DNA of 64,000 nucleotides from Podarcis bocagei (taxonomy: Eukaryota), in the NCBI GenBank assembly GCA_964188305.1, contig OZ076895.1. One strand, given 5' to 3'. Below the pieces are notes generated by a model. That model was not told where the DNA came from. It was given only the letters and a program-made list of their open reading frames with translations, and searched no databases. Positions 1 to 13,523 of the stretch are shown one piece after another. Made by a program: the position numbers and the translations under genes. Numbering within the stretch: position 1 is the first letter of the stretch; each line of letters starts with the position of its first letter.

Positions 1-845
1 AGAGACCAGAAAGGGTGCTTCTAGTAATACATAATATATAAAGCATAGCTTTCTCTGCCACAAGACTAGAAGAGTCTAGAAGAATCTTATTTCAGCACGG
101 CAATGCAGTTCATCACATGCTTTGCAAATAAAGCACAAGCTCCCCTGGGGAAAGAATTGGGAAGTATTCAAGAAGTAAATGAGGAAGTGAGCATAAATAT
201 GCAAATATACAATATAAAGCTGACCTTCAGCCCAGTAACCTTTTCTCCTCCAAAATAAAACTATTTCATTTGTTTATGAATACTAATATTACCCTGAAAT
301 TTATTTATTTGAATATTTATAAACCACAAACTCAAAAAAATGAAAGTGGTACACAATAAAACTATTAATGCATCATAAAATTGTAAAAGAAAAAAAGACC
401 AACACTTTATCAAATCAGTTCTCTAAAAATGCTCAGGCATTCTGATGAGATGAATCCAGCTGGAAGTGCTTCAAATGCAAAACTTAAAGACTGTGTCTTA
501 GCTTCACAGTCACTAAGATTTGTGACCATACTTGCTTCAAGATCACCTACCAAACATTCACATGAAAAATCTGCATTCCCACAAAAAACAACAACCCTGC
601 TCTCTGCTGTATTCATTTGCTATACTGCTTTAGCTCCTAGTGACAAAGACTGTGGGAGGTCAAGAGGCTGGCTGAGCTTGCTTATGCTTCTAAACTATAG
701 TATAAAATTTTTTTTGGCATCTTCTTGGTCTGATAGCAGTGGTGAATACATGAATACTAAGAAACCATGCTATGCTAAATGCACACACTATTTCAGATTG
801 AAAGCTAAATGCGATGGAAATTTTCTATTCCTTATCAATACTTAC

Positions 846-939
846 CTACGCAGTTACCAACCCAGGGGCAGTGATGATCAAACTTGGCTATACATCGATT
901 GCACACACCACAGTGTTTGGACCTCACCGGTTTCCGTAT
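846..939 (-). CDS. ZDHHC17: ZDHHC17 exon 13 ([31 protein letters not shown]), catalytic DHHC motif; gene continues beyond window start
   Basis: 94 bp, CAG/GTAAGT boundaries, DHHCPWV motif. Confidence 0.98.
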
Positions 940-2794
940 CTGTTCAACAGATTTTTATATGCATACAATGTAACCTGCTTTTCATATTATCAATCTTTAA
1001 TATGAATTTTGAACACAATGTTGCTATTGTTGTTGCTTATACTACTCATGCATGTCATGATACCAAGAATTTAAGAATGTAATCACGTGGAGCCTGTAGT
1101 TCTAGCTTCACCTAGCAAAAACATTCTTCCCTTACTTTAACTTTCCTCTAAATGGAAGCTTTGTATTTGTCACCAACACCCACTGGACAAGTCTTATATA
1201 CTATACACAAGTCTTACAGCATTTGCAATCACCAATCTCAATTAAATTGAAACAAAAAAATTCTCCTTTCCATTGCAAAACAGAATTTCCCACCGTTCTT
1301 TTTACTGCTGACAGTGAAACTCTGAATTAGAGATCAAAGAAACTGATGACGATACTGATGGAAAAGCTTGCAGAGTTTACAAAAGATTAAGTATTTTGGG
1401 GATTTTTATCGTCTGCAGTTAGATCAGTTACTTATGGGTGGATGCATAAATAATTTGTATTCCATACAGAAAAAACTGAGCATAACACTGCTGTAATGCT
1501 GTCGGTGAAAACATTTCATCAAAACAAATGTTAGCGCAAAAAAGACATTTTATCTTGAGAATGACACCTACAACATTTAACATTTGCATTTTAAAAATAG
1601 TGTATCTATCAAGTAATAAACAATTTGTCTGAAATACAAAGTACTCAGATCTGTAGTCAAGACTATCTTATCAATGTCCCAAAGTAAGAGAACACTTATG
1701 TTTCACCATATCTCAAGTTCTTAAAATATTTTCATACAGAGCAACAAGTTTTTAAATACCATTATAGTAGCAAATAATTTATGCAGCATGATAGACGGTA
1801 TTTAGTTTTAAAGGTTTTATATTAAAGAGTCCAGAGTTGCACGTATTTAGATTCTGGATAGGAATATAAATGTATCATAACAATCTCACAATTCCTGTAT
1901 ATTTTGAGAACATTATTATATAAAGCTCATTCTGCTTACTTCATTACAGATGTTTTAGATAAGGCAAAACTTTTACTGAAGTGACAGTTGATAATAACTA
2001 ATGTTGATATTTACTTTATACACACCACAAACTGAACAACTAAATTTCCTACAAAAAATCCAGTATAAGAGGTGTGTGTATCTAAAATGGCACTGTAAAT
2101 TTAATCTGAAGTTGTTAATGGAAGCATTTTCATTTTGCTCTACACTCAGAGATCTATGCACTTGTTTGATTTAGTCACAATCTGAAGTAGTCCTGTTCTC
2201 TCTCTCCTATTTTTAGGATTCTAATCAAGGATTGTCATTAAGATACATAGGAACAACAATAACTTTAAGAATTACTAGGAACTCTTGTATTGCTCCTGCT
2301 AAATACTTTGGTAGAGGGAAGTCTTACCACAGCGAGTGGCAACACCTAGTGTACTAGAACATATATTTTTCTATTTGAAGGCCTGGAACAGCCTGCTGCC
2401 CAGATTTCTATACTGACTTAAGAGAGCCACTGTATTTTGATATAAAAACCTGTGGGTGTTTTAAGTTAAGCTTCTACCCAAATCCATCTGAACTTGTGTC
2501 AAGGACATCCCACTGGAATACAGAGTCCTAACTCGGTGGGACAGGGACTCCAGTAAGGAATTTTGATATCCTGCTTTCTTCTGGATCCATCACAACCACA
2601 CTATGGACTTGCCTTTTCTTATTCCTAGGAAGCATGGCATTCATATGCCCAAATACTGGCTTAGTATTTTAGTTGGCAGAGGCTCACTTATACCCTGTAT
2701 GAATATCGCAAGGTCAAAGAATACACTCATTTTCTAAACAGACATGATGTTAAAATTGGTAATTTAATTACATGTAAGCAAAAAAGCATACTAC

Positions 2795-2857
2795 CAAACA
2801 GGTACTGCAGAATATACTGAGGTCCAGACTTCCTGTCTCTGCAAGTTCCACTATTGT
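2795..2857 (-). CDS. ZDHHC17: ZDHHC17 exon 12 (TIVELAETGSLDLSIFCSTCL)
   Basis: 63 bp, CAG/GT boundaries, start of the cysteine-rich domain. Confidence 0.96.
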
Positions 2858-3650
2858 CTGCAGAAAAGAAAAAATAAGAATATTTAATCATTTAAGAACC
2901 ATATTCATACATGCTTCATAAGTCGACTCTAGTCGACAAACTTATGTCATAAAACAATTTGTTAGCCTTTAAGGTGCCAGGAGATTCTTGGCTGTTTTTA
3001 CTGCAAAAGCTATCCCACTGGAAATCCCAACTTCTATTAACACACTCCGATTAGTTTAACACCATCTCAAGCTTGGACAAAAATATCTTAATGCCATTTT
3101 ATTCACATCAAAGAAATTCGGCACCATTAGAGCCTACATAAACACACATGTGTAATTGGTTCTGCCCCAATTGCCTCCAAGATACAAGGGGACTCTATCC
3201 AGCAGCAAGATCATTAGTTTCTGGCTGCTTCTCAAGATTGCACCAGCATTAGGGCAGTTGGGCTGCTCCAGTATCCGGCATATCCTTTCCAATCTCAAAA
3301 ATGTATCCCCTTGCATTCAGTTTGAAGCCGTTACTACCACCCTATGTTCTGCTGCGGTGACATAAAGAGGATAGCTGGGATACATTAAAATCTCCCAATA
3401 CACAGAACACTATATCAGGAAGGAGAGTCTACAGCCTAGTCTTTTTCTGGACATGCTGGTTTCCTTTCAGGGATGACATCTTCACCTTCATTTTCAACTG
3501 GTCCAAAAACAATTACACCATGTGATGAGTAATCTGTCTGGGCTTAACCTTCAAGGTGCCACAACTCCTTCCACAATTATTTCTTGGAAGTTAAGATGCA
3601 TACTTGAGGGATTGTGTGTGTATGTGTAAGAGAGAGAGAGAATGTGTGTG

Positions 3651-3655
<5 letters not shown>

Positions 3656-3695
<40 letters not shown>
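3656..3695. repeat. (AC)~20 microsatellite
   Basis: Direct reading. Confidence 0.97.
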
Positions 3696-3699
<4 letters not shown>

Positions 3700-3999
3700 T
3701 AAACAAACACCAGAAATATCTGGATGACCTCAGCAGATTTCTCAGTAGCAAAGCATTCACTCTGCTTAGACTACAATTACCTCTGATGTTCTTAAATGGA
3801 ACAACTTGGCAAAACAGAGACAGAAACAATTTTCAGCAACACTCTGTCTCCTCTGCAGCCCCCTGTGCCCCTCTGCGGGAGGCTGGGTGGGGGACACTTT
3901 CCTGTAATTGCTTTGATTAGAAAACACTTTGAGTGTGTACACAGAAAATCTAAACAACATCTTCAACCATTAACAAGAATGGACTGTTTTGCTTTTTAC

Positions 4000-4124
4000 C
4001 TTTTTCTTTTGTTCTTCTGTGGCTTTAATTATTCCTGGGTCTGATTTCCAAGATTTTCCAAAATTGTAGAAAAGTGCAACACTATTAGCAAGAAATGGAA
4101 GGTGGATGAACACAAAATTTAGAT
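4000..4124 (-). CDS. ZDHHC17: ZDHHC17 exon 11 (DLNFVFIHLPFLANSVALFYNFGKSWKSDPGIIKATEEQKKK)
   Basis: 125 bp, AC acceptor, GT donor. Confidence 0.96.
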
Positions 4125-5421
4125 GTATTAAATGTTAAGGAATTTAAATATGTTTTCTTTCCTGTTAAAAATAATTATTATTTGAAAATAATAGAATTCT
4201 GCAATACACTTTTTTGTTGCTAATGCATTTCACAGGGAATGTACTAGATGCATGTCAAGACATCTAATAATCCTTTTTTGCCATTATATGCTGTTCAAGT
4301 GTATAATCTTGTCTTAATTTGTTTGATAGCTCCAAAATTAACAGTGCAACATTATACATGTTCTCTCAAAAGTCTGAATTCAGTTGAGCTTATTTCCTAG
4401 TCAATGTGTTTAGGATTGCAGCTTTTGTATCTCTTTAAATCATTTTCTGACATAAAATATTCAAATAGTCAACCATTTTTAATATATTTTTTACTGTTTA
4501 TGCCTATTAGTGGCCTGAAATTCCAGCTAAATCACAAAAACACTATAATAATAAAGAGATTATACAGGGAATGATGAATACAATAATAAACTCTTTTGGG
4601 GGGATGGATTACATTCATGTTTAAGATTCCTCTTCTTCTTCCCCTCTTAATAATTTACTGAAAAAAGGAACATGTACTTTACCTGGAAATGAAAGTGTTG
4701 GAATAAATTGCAGACCCTTGGATTTTTTCCCCAGTATTTGAATTCCAGCTGCTTCACAATTTGAAGTTAACTTTGTTAATACCTAGGTATCTGTATTTTC
4801 TTCACATTAATTTGCACATAGTAAAAGCTAATTATATTTTAACAGATTTAAATATTTTCTACCATGAAATTACAAATGGCCCCAGTAGCACCTTTTCTGC
4901 TTCAGTGCCTCAGCACTTATACACTCCATTGCCAAGGGAATGGCAAGCTCTAAACACAAACACTTAAAACCTGTTTAGCTAACATTACAAATTTCAACAG
5001 TAACCCATCAGTTTCAAGTACAAATATGACACATTGGAAAATATTTTTAGCATATGTAAAGGGGTTCCATAGCACTGAAATCAATGTGGGAAAGAGTTCC
5101 CTAAAGTTAGAAAGCCTGAAAACCACTGTGTTGCTGCAGATCATCAACAAAATACTGACATCAAGAAAACAATGAGCCTTAAACTTACAAGCCTGGTATG
5201 CACATTAGTGCCTACACACAGGATGTTGGTGCAACACGGCTGAAACTATGGGTGCTTCATTCCGTGCTTGTTCCTGCCATGCTGCTATGCGTTATGTCCA
5301 GATCCGGATTCATGATCTGTTTCTCTCAAACAAGCCATGAGCCGTTATCAAGGCTTGTTCCTGGCTTTACATACATAGGTTGTTTGGACAGAAACAAACT
5401 GTAACCTCAGATTCAGACAAA

Positions 5422-5854
5422 CAGGGCAGTCTTTAGCAGATGCGGTGCTGGGGTGCAAATTTCTGCCCAGCGCCCCAAATTACTATGGATAGTGGGGCGC
5501 ACGTGCAGCTGCGCACTGCCAGCCATGGGGGGGGGGACGACTCTCCCCCATGCAGCTGTGGGACAGCAATCCCCGCAGAGGCTTGGGAGGGAAGCTGCGC
5601 CCAGCCAACCATATGGTTGGCGGGGCACAACTTGTAGCCTAACCCTATGCAGGGATCGCTCTCCTCCCAAGGAGGCTTGGGAAGGAAGCTGCATGCCCAC
5701 CAGCCATATGGTTGGTCGGGCGCAGCTGGCGGGCATGCAGGGAAAGGGGAGGATACCGGCAAAGCCACACAGCTCCCCCACTCACTGGGGCACCCCTGAG
5801 AGGCCAGCGCCCTGGTGTGATGCACCACTAAGCCCTATGGGAAAGACGGCTCTG
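5422..5854. mobile_element. Non-autonomous hAT element (433 bp) inside the U12 intron
   Basis: TIRs CAGGGCAGTCTTT / AAAGACGGCTCTG. Perfect 8-bp TSD CAGACAAA (5414-5421, 5855-5862). Confidence 0.85.
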
Positions 5855-6109
5855 CAGACAAAACACCAAGTCAAACCATGCGCTTGTTTCTCAGCAGTCT
5901 GGTAGGAGGAAGGGGGAGCACACTGCATGTTCACATTAAACCATACTTGATTTAATGTTATATGCAAAGAAAACCATAGTCACTTAAGCCCATTTAGCCA
6001 AGACATAAATTTCAATTAGACTTCATCACCTTTGTGTAGAAAAATGTCATTATAACAGGGCTTTTGAGTCTAAGTCTCATGCAGTTAAAGCTCCCATAAG
6101 AATATGGTA

Positions 6110-6359
6110 CAGTCGTACCTTGGAAGTCAAAAGGAATCCGTTCCAGAAGTCTGTTCGACTTCCAAAATGTTTGGAAACCAAAGTGTGGCTTCTGATAGGC
6201 TGCAGGAAGCTCCTGCAGCCAACTAGAAGCTGTGGAAGTCCAGTCAGATGTTCAGCTTCCAAAAATAGTTCGCAAACCGGAAGAGTCACTTCCGGGTTTG
6301 CAGCGTCCGGGAGCCAAAACGTTCAAGAACTAAGCTGTTTGAAAACCAAGGTACGACTA
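6110..6359. mobile_element. Tigger/pogo-like MITE (family B)
   Basis: TA then CAGTCGTACCTTGG...CCAAGGTACGACT termini; homologous to 33277-33500. Confidence 0.8.
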
Positions 6360-8174
6360 CATGTTTTCATAAGTACCAGCATTCATTTCAATTACTAAAC
6401 CACATATCTAGACCACTAAAAAGAAGCTAGCAGAGAAAAGTGTATTATGTTCTACTACAAAAAAGCTAGATGTCCTTAATTGTCTGTCTGGCATTAAACC
6501 TCTGACAGAGAGATGCTTTCATAACTGGACAGTGTGTTCCTGTGACTAAGAAGCAAGAGATAGGTCCAAGCCAAAGGAAGAGATTAGATGGTTCCCCCCT
6601 ACCCTTGTATGGTCACATTTGCCTGCTTTTAGTGCTCTACACAACATGCTAACAGAACTACCTCTGTGGCTGGGCCTCTGAGCTTATATAAGTGGGGAAA
6701 ATTAAGAAGACTTTGCTACATGAAATGCAGACATCTTGGAAAGCACTTGGTTTAACAGGAATAGAGCACAACATACCCTTTATCCTAATAATGGTGAGGA
6801 AAGTATGTAAGAGTACTGAGGAGGATCGCATGGTATCATCCAACACAAATTTCTCTCTTTTATAGGTTGTCTTTCCTGCTGTTATAGGCTATTATTGAAG
6901 CTAACCAGATTCCCTCTTATGTAAGGTTTATAAAGCAGTATCAAAGCCTGTTTCGATGCAAAGTTAGAAGGCAATCCTAGACAGCACAGAAATAACTAAA
7001 CAGACCTCAAGAGTCCCAAGTGGAATGCATTGAGTAAATACAAAATATTACTTTTCATCATAATTCTAGTGACAAGTTAAAAGTCAATTCTAGATATTTA
7101 AATTAATCAATCTGGATGCCCTTTTATTTCTGATCAAAACATATTCCAGAAGCAGATTTATAAAAGGCTGCTACAGAGACATTTAGTCAGATGTCACATT
7201 ATTCTTCCTACTGAGAAGAAAGAAGGCACTGTTCTCTGATGCAATTGATTTCATCAAACTGTAAGACATATGAGAATAAATTCTTACCCTGACCACAATT
7301 TTTCTACTTCATTCTATAAAACAGAGCACATGTCATATATTTTTTTCTAACAAGTTGCAGACAAGCTGACTGACAGCAGAACTTGAATGGCTAGAAGAAC
7401 TAATAATTGAGGCTGGCAACATTAATCAGTTAAAGTAAACTGACATGTAGGATTTAGAGGGGACTGTTCTGGCAGCACCCACATCGCAAATGTAGTGTCC
7501 ACTTGTACTCTGCTATAATGTCATTAAATGTTCATAAATATTAACTTCAGAAGGAGCCAGTAATCGGGATATGACAATCAGCACAGCTACTGAGAAAGCA
7601 AAGTCAACATGAGCAAGAAGGAAACACTTATGTAGAGCCAAAGAAAATGAAGAGATTGAAAGCAAGGGGGTAGAAGACTAGGACTAAATATTGCTAGGTT
7701 TAAGGACTTGTTCAAAAACATCTTATTTTAACTTATTTTGCCACAAATCAGCAAAACCTGTGAGCTTGTGAGTAATTTAACTAATGGGCATACACACACA
7801 CAATTAACCATGTTGTCTGGGGATAATGGGAATCCAACAACAGATTCCCCATCCCTGCCTTATGTAATTAGTAAAAACTGTCCCCTCAATCTGTATGTCC
7901 TACTATCTGCTTTTACTTGTTCCATTTGGCCCATTCCCCTTTTACTTACTGTCATGCTTCACTCCCTCCCGTGTTCGCTTGTCTCTTGCTTCAGCTTCAC
8001 TGAAGTCCCTTAACCCTTTCCCATGACCAGTCTGAACCATAAAACTTCCACATCCTCTTGCTAAAACTTCAATTTCTTAAAATTCTAGCCTCTTAATTTT
8101 CTTGAATGTGAGCACTGGAATATAACCCACTAAAATTAAAAAAATTCAAATGCTGAGCACAATATAAAGGATAT

Positions 8175-8275
8175 CATTCCAAAACCAGAAAAACCATGTC
8201 ACATACATCCAGAATTTTGTTGCTAGGTAGATTCCAAGGGGCAGTGCACTATGCATTGAGTGATCAAAGAATGAT
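8175..8275 (-). CDS. ZDHHC17: ZDHHC17 exon 10 (SFFDHSMHSALPLGIYLATKFWMYVTWFFWFWN)
   Basis: 101 bp, CAG acceptor, followed by the U12 donor ATATCCTTT. Confidence 0.96.
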
Positions 8276-9852
8276 CTGCGAAACAAAGAATATAATAGGT
8301 TATTACATATTCAAATATGGGTGTGCTAGCTCATTCACAAACAAGTATATATAGCCTTATTTTTAAAAAACAAAGAAACAAACACTAGAGCTTTAAATAA
8401 CCTGTCCATTTGATACAAAAGGTCTTAATAATCTAAATTACTCAACAACCAGCAAGCACTTTTTTAGACCTCAGAAAGTTGCAAGAGTTCATAATTACTA
8501 GGTTCAGAATATGAATCTGTTCAGTTTGTAATGTTCAAATGAAGAAGATTTTACATATGCATGATCAGAGTTCAGGATGACCAGGCTGCTCTGTAAGCAT
8601 GTTCACCAATGTTGTTAACCACTACATTAAATTATTAATTTAAACTATGTGACCGCCTGAACAGACAGATTTTTGTTTGTTTGTTTGTTTCTAATTTTTG
8701 CTTTTTAGGTCAATTTTCCTAATTGTTACTTGCATACATATTACACGTGCTGTCCCCTAACCAGGTCTAGAACAGTTTCATACTCCTGCTTGCTTGTGTT
8801 TTGTCAAAGTAGATTTGGAAATAAAGTTTTCTTCTAAAGCCACATTTTGACAGCAGTTAAAAATAAGGCTGAACAGCACTCTCAGCAAAACTCAAAATGA
8901 TAGTTATTTTAACAGACTTTGAAGAAAAAGCCAAACCCAGAAAATGAGCTGTAGTAATATAATCTCTTATACTTACACAAGAGATTCCAGTGTTTAAAAT
9001 ATTTATCTGACATGTGCTATATTACACTGACAATAAATTTAAGATACTCAACCATGCAAACTTTCTTTGTTTAATAATGTTCTTACTACGAATGCATTTC
9101 TCTTTGCCATTAAAATTAGAGTCATTAAAATTAAGAGGCATATAGAGGCTATCATTGTGTTGCACAGGGTTTCTGCTCCAAAACCCTGTGCTTGTCAGTG
9201 GAGCCCATGTAAGTCAACCCCACCCCTTTTGTGATGTTTTTGGGCTACTTCCAGGTTCAGAGCCACGCACATATGCACAATCAAGTGTCATTCGAATATG
9301 CCTAAACTAGGCAAGGCCTGTAATAATTCTTGTCTTTTTTATCCACTCACTGAATACTAAGATCCCTTTTAAAAAATCCAAAAATATCCTCCTTAAATAA
9401 GTCTACTTATTGCAGACCATTACATTATGGAAATAAAAGAGTAGGGTATTTTCATTTCTATAGAAAATAAGCTAATCATTTTATAGAGGGATTTCAATAT
9501 TTGGTTTGTGAAAGAGGAAACATTACTGTTGGGCAGGCAGACACATTTTCATACAACACAACTAGTTGATGATTCATAATGTGACTGATGTGGTATTTAA
9601 GGTTCTTTTTGCTTAGAGCTAAAATATGAATGCCACTTCAATCTAGCACAGTAGGTCTCCTATAAATTAACTGGAAGGCAGGATGGAAGGGCATCAAAAC
9701 ACAATTTTCTTTGCTTATCCTGAACAATCATTTCATGGAAGAGTGAATTAGGTAAAACATTTCCCCCCAAGAATGGGGCTTTTATACATCCGTCAGGATT
9801 TTATGTAAAACCAAACTATCTACTCCAACATATTCCCTAATTAAATACTTAC

Positions 9853-9995
9853 TTGGAAAGAAATTGAACCATAGCCCAAACACCACCATACATTAGTCCT
9901 TTAATGAGCCAAGAATCAATATCAAGGTCGGCTATAAACCCAACTAGCCAAATAACTAGGAAAGGTGTTCCCAGCATCACTTTCTGACGAAATTC
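9853..9995 (-). CDS. ZDHHC17: ZDHHC17 exon 9 (EFRQKVMLGTPFLVIWLVGFIADLDIDSWLIKGLMYGGVWAMVQFLSK), transmembrane region
   Basis: 143 bp, TAG/GTAAGT boundaries. Confidence 0.97.
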
Positions 9996-10349
9996 CTACA
10001 TAAAAAGACAAACAACGATTAACCTGGATATTTATGAACTGTATAAAAAGTAAGTGCTTCATTTTAACACTCAGATACTTCATAGCAAGTTTAATATGTA
10101 CAAAGAGGGGTTTATCTGCAAGACTAGGAAGGATCCTAGATTCAGAAAAATGCAAGATGCCTAGGATTGGTCAATCATTTCTCACTGCAGTGAGAGGAGA
10201 ATGGCAAATTTGGGGATGGGAAAGACATGTAAACCCAAGACTCCCGATACCTCCTGGTACAAATTATAGTGGGGTGTCATCTAAGCAGGGTCAGAAATTA
10301 TTTTTAAAAGAACACATTACATGAGTCATCACGTAAAGATTCTTCTCAC

Positions 10350-10475
10350 CTTATCAGCCCTCAGCTTTCTGAGAAATGATGGATTGTCATATCCCTTTGC
10401 CTGCCTTGCCTCCTGTAGATGGTTTATCATCCAAACATTTTTTCTTTGCTTTGCTAAATCAAGTGGTGATTCACC
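10350..10475 (-). CDS. ZDHHC17: ZDHHC17 exon 8 (GESPLDLAKQRKNVWMINHLQEARQAKGYDNPSFLRKLRADK)
   Basis: 126 bp, CAG/GTGAG boundaries. Confidence 0.97.
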
Positions 10476-12806
10476 CTGTCAAGAGTGTGAAAGATTAACA
10501 ATTTTAAAAAGGAAAAAAGCACAACAATTTCACTTTTAGAAATAGTAACTTAAGCATTTAAAACTACTTAAGAGTTTCAAAACATGTAATATTACTATGT
10601 TGTTGTTCTTATAAAGCATTATTTTGGTTGCTAATTTATTTTATGCTATGGAGAGTTACTTTCTTCCAATCTTTTCTCAGTTTAATCAGTTTCATCAAAT
10701 GAAATAAAATCTTTGCTATTTCTGTGTATTGCAACGATGAGTTCATTCATTATCCTTAGTGTGCATATGTAATAATTAATGGGAGTTTAAAAGTTGCTTA
10801 GCTCTCTAGTTTGGAACAATTGGTTCTCCCTCAAATATTAACAAGCAGCAATATCCATTCATGGAATTTCACAAACAGTGAACAATGCTTATTGCTTAGT
10901 TATCAATGCCATGTACAGTCAGTTGATACAGATGTTCAATCTGTACCTCTTGTGGACTGCATGTGTAGGTGTGTATTCGATTGTTGTTCTGATGCACTTA
11001 CATGCAGCAAAAAATCAAAATTATACTTGCTTACCCTACTCCTACGAGATTTTCACATTTTGGATTTAACACTTTGATGGGTAGAGTTCCACACACCTAA
11101 GTTCTATCAGCATGTTCTATATATCTTTTACTGTGTACAGATTACACATCTGTAGGATTCTGTGTATGTAAGCCCTAAACCATGTGGTTGTTGGAAGCCT
11201 TTGATGGGGACCCAGAGCTAATCAGGATTACTCAAATGCAAAGAGAGAGTGTTCCTCTTGAGTTCAGGCATACTCTCTGGCTTGCCTGAACTCAGCACTA
11301 AACAGGTGGTCCTGCTGTTTATTTTAGCATTGTTCCAGATTTAATGATGGTGGGAGATGCTTCAGAGAGAGGGTTGGCAATCCACTCTCTGAGTGCCCCC
11401 TCCCTATTAAACGTCCTGGAACACTGTTAAAAGCAGGCTGGCATGTGCTTCAGAGAGTGATTTGCAAAGCATTCTCTGAAGCTCCTCTTGCCCTCCTTTA
11501 ATCATTGCTCCAGCAAGGTATTTTGACAGGTAGGTGAGGCAGTCCACCTGTATGCAGACGGACCATCTGCACACGTAGATCTGACACACACATTAAAAGC
11601 ACCTGAAAACAGGTAGGTTTTTCACAATTCACTAGTACTCTAAACAACCACCACTAAAAGTCTAAAAATTGAAACAAACTAATGTATTGATTGCGGATAC
11701 CTGATTGGCAGTTTGTACTATTCACCGAGCATTCAGAAGTACCTTTACTAGCCAAGCAATGACTAATTTTTATAATCTCTTCCCCAATTCAGAAGGTTGA
11801 ACAGAATGTCCTATAACAGGTACCAATCTACAGCTATTTTAGGCAAATGTGATTCTCCATTCTTCCTCCCCCCCCCCCCGCCCCAGTGCATGCACTGCTA
11901 ACAATTTGTGGTCGCTTCCCTGAGCAAACCCCACCCACTTTGCGTAAAATAACAATGTCAAAGGACAAAGATATGTGAAGTTATAATCCAATTGCATGAG
12001 TTCAGAGCAAGGTAATTCCTTTAGATTACTCTATTGTAGAAATCCTCCCCATCTAAAAAGCAAAAGAAAAACCCAAACTGAAAATTGACTCACAATATAT
12101 AGAGTGGTACCCTAAATCTATCACAGTGATTTCTTACAGAACCGTACTGCTGATTTACACCTCAAGAAAGAAAGAAAAGGTTGTGACTGTTCTTGCAGTA
12201 TAGAGGAGGCAAAAAACAACCAACTGAAGGTACCTCCAGCTCCAGTTTTGCACTCCTCCACTCTTCTACTGAAGGTAACTCCCCTCCTAAACAAAGCATT
12301 CATGGAGGCTTGAAAAATGGCTGAATCCTCCATCGTTCGGCCCCCGCCTAAAAAAAAACGAGACAGGTACCAGAAACTGAAAAATCACCCAAGGAAAGGC
12401 AAATAGCCTTTGAGACCAGAGTACAAATGCCAAGGAGCACACATCTAAATTCCAGAATCAGTAGAGACTAGACACCTAATCAGAGTTAGGCATTTAATTT
12501 CTATTGATAGGATTTGTGCACCAAAACCTTATGGGTGACTTGGAAATTTAGCCCAATGATAATCACTGGGGAATTTGAAAGCAGCAAAAACCAGGCAACA
12601 ATATTTATTGGTCTCCAAAGGGAGAGTTTCCTTCCACCTGAACAGTGTATTGAAAAAGCTTAGGCCACAAAGATATCAATTTACCAAACAGGACTTTCCC
12701 CAGCAGAAGCAAAAGAAATGAGCTCAAAAGCAGCTAATGCCCTGCTAGTCAGTACATCCACTCATTTCCTACATTTGCACAGTTTTGGAAACCATTATCA
12801 ATGATA

Positions 12807-12883
12807 CAGGGAGAGTCTTTTAAAAGAGGCCCCATAGAACATCTGTACTCTGTATCCACGGGGCCTCTTTTAAAGGACTCACC
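12807..12883. mobile_element. ~80-bp palindromic Tc1/mariner MITE, right end cut by assembly gap
   Basis: TA then CAGGGAGAGTCTTTTAAAAGAGGCCCC...GGGGCCTCTTTTAAAGGACTCACC. Inverted relative to the copy at 47422-47501. Confidence 0.8.
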
Positions 12884-13011
12884 NNNNNNNNNNNNNNNNN
12901 NNNNNNNNNNNNNNNNNNNNNNNNNNNNNNNNNNNNNNNNNNNNNNNNNNNNNNNNNNNNNNNNNNNNNNNNNNNNNNNNNNNNNNNNNNNNNNNNNNNN
13001 NNNNNNNNNNN
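12884..13011. other. Assembly gap (128 N)
   Basis: Run of N. Confidence 1.
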
Positions 13012-13523
13012 TAACCAAATTTGAGGCTTCTCTCAATAATATGAAGCCATGGATGGGGAACCCTCCAGAAGATGGGGGGAGAGGGGCAGGGAATGGAGGA
13101 CTGCCAAAAATTCCCTCCCTCCCAGTTCTGCTGACAGAAGCCTTATTGTCAGCTGTGTGACTGGATACAATAAGTGACTCTTAAAAGTAGAATTGTAGGT
13201 TACTTTTAGAGGGATAACTAGAGTTGCAAAATCAAACTTAAAAGTAGATATGTCTGCTTTTCTTTCAAATATATGGCAGGAAAAGACCACTATATATTAA
13301 TTACGAATATGTACCGTGTTCCTATATCATAGCAAATGAGATCTGAATCACCAAAAAGCTTCCTAACATAAGCTTCTAGTGTATATTTGTATTTTTACCT
13401 AGCAAGTTCTTTAAAGCCACTCTTGTAGCACATTCACATTTAGTATTCATACTTTCCTATTATTTTTCCTGGTCCCGTCCCCCCCATAATCACAATATCC
13501 AAGGTAAAAAGGAAATAAAATTA

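Larger units (their letters stand above)
4125..8174 (-). other. U12-type (minor spliceosome) AT-AC intron 10 of ZDHHC17
   Basis: 5' splice site ATATCCTTT (8174-8166), branch site TTCCTTAAC (4142-4134), terminal AC (4126-4125). The junction restores the reading frame (N-D-L). Confidence 0.95.

Noticed and set aside
429-1082. 217-aa + strand ORF
   Set aside because: Antisense to ZDHHC17 exon 13 and intronic sequence; no recognisable protein.
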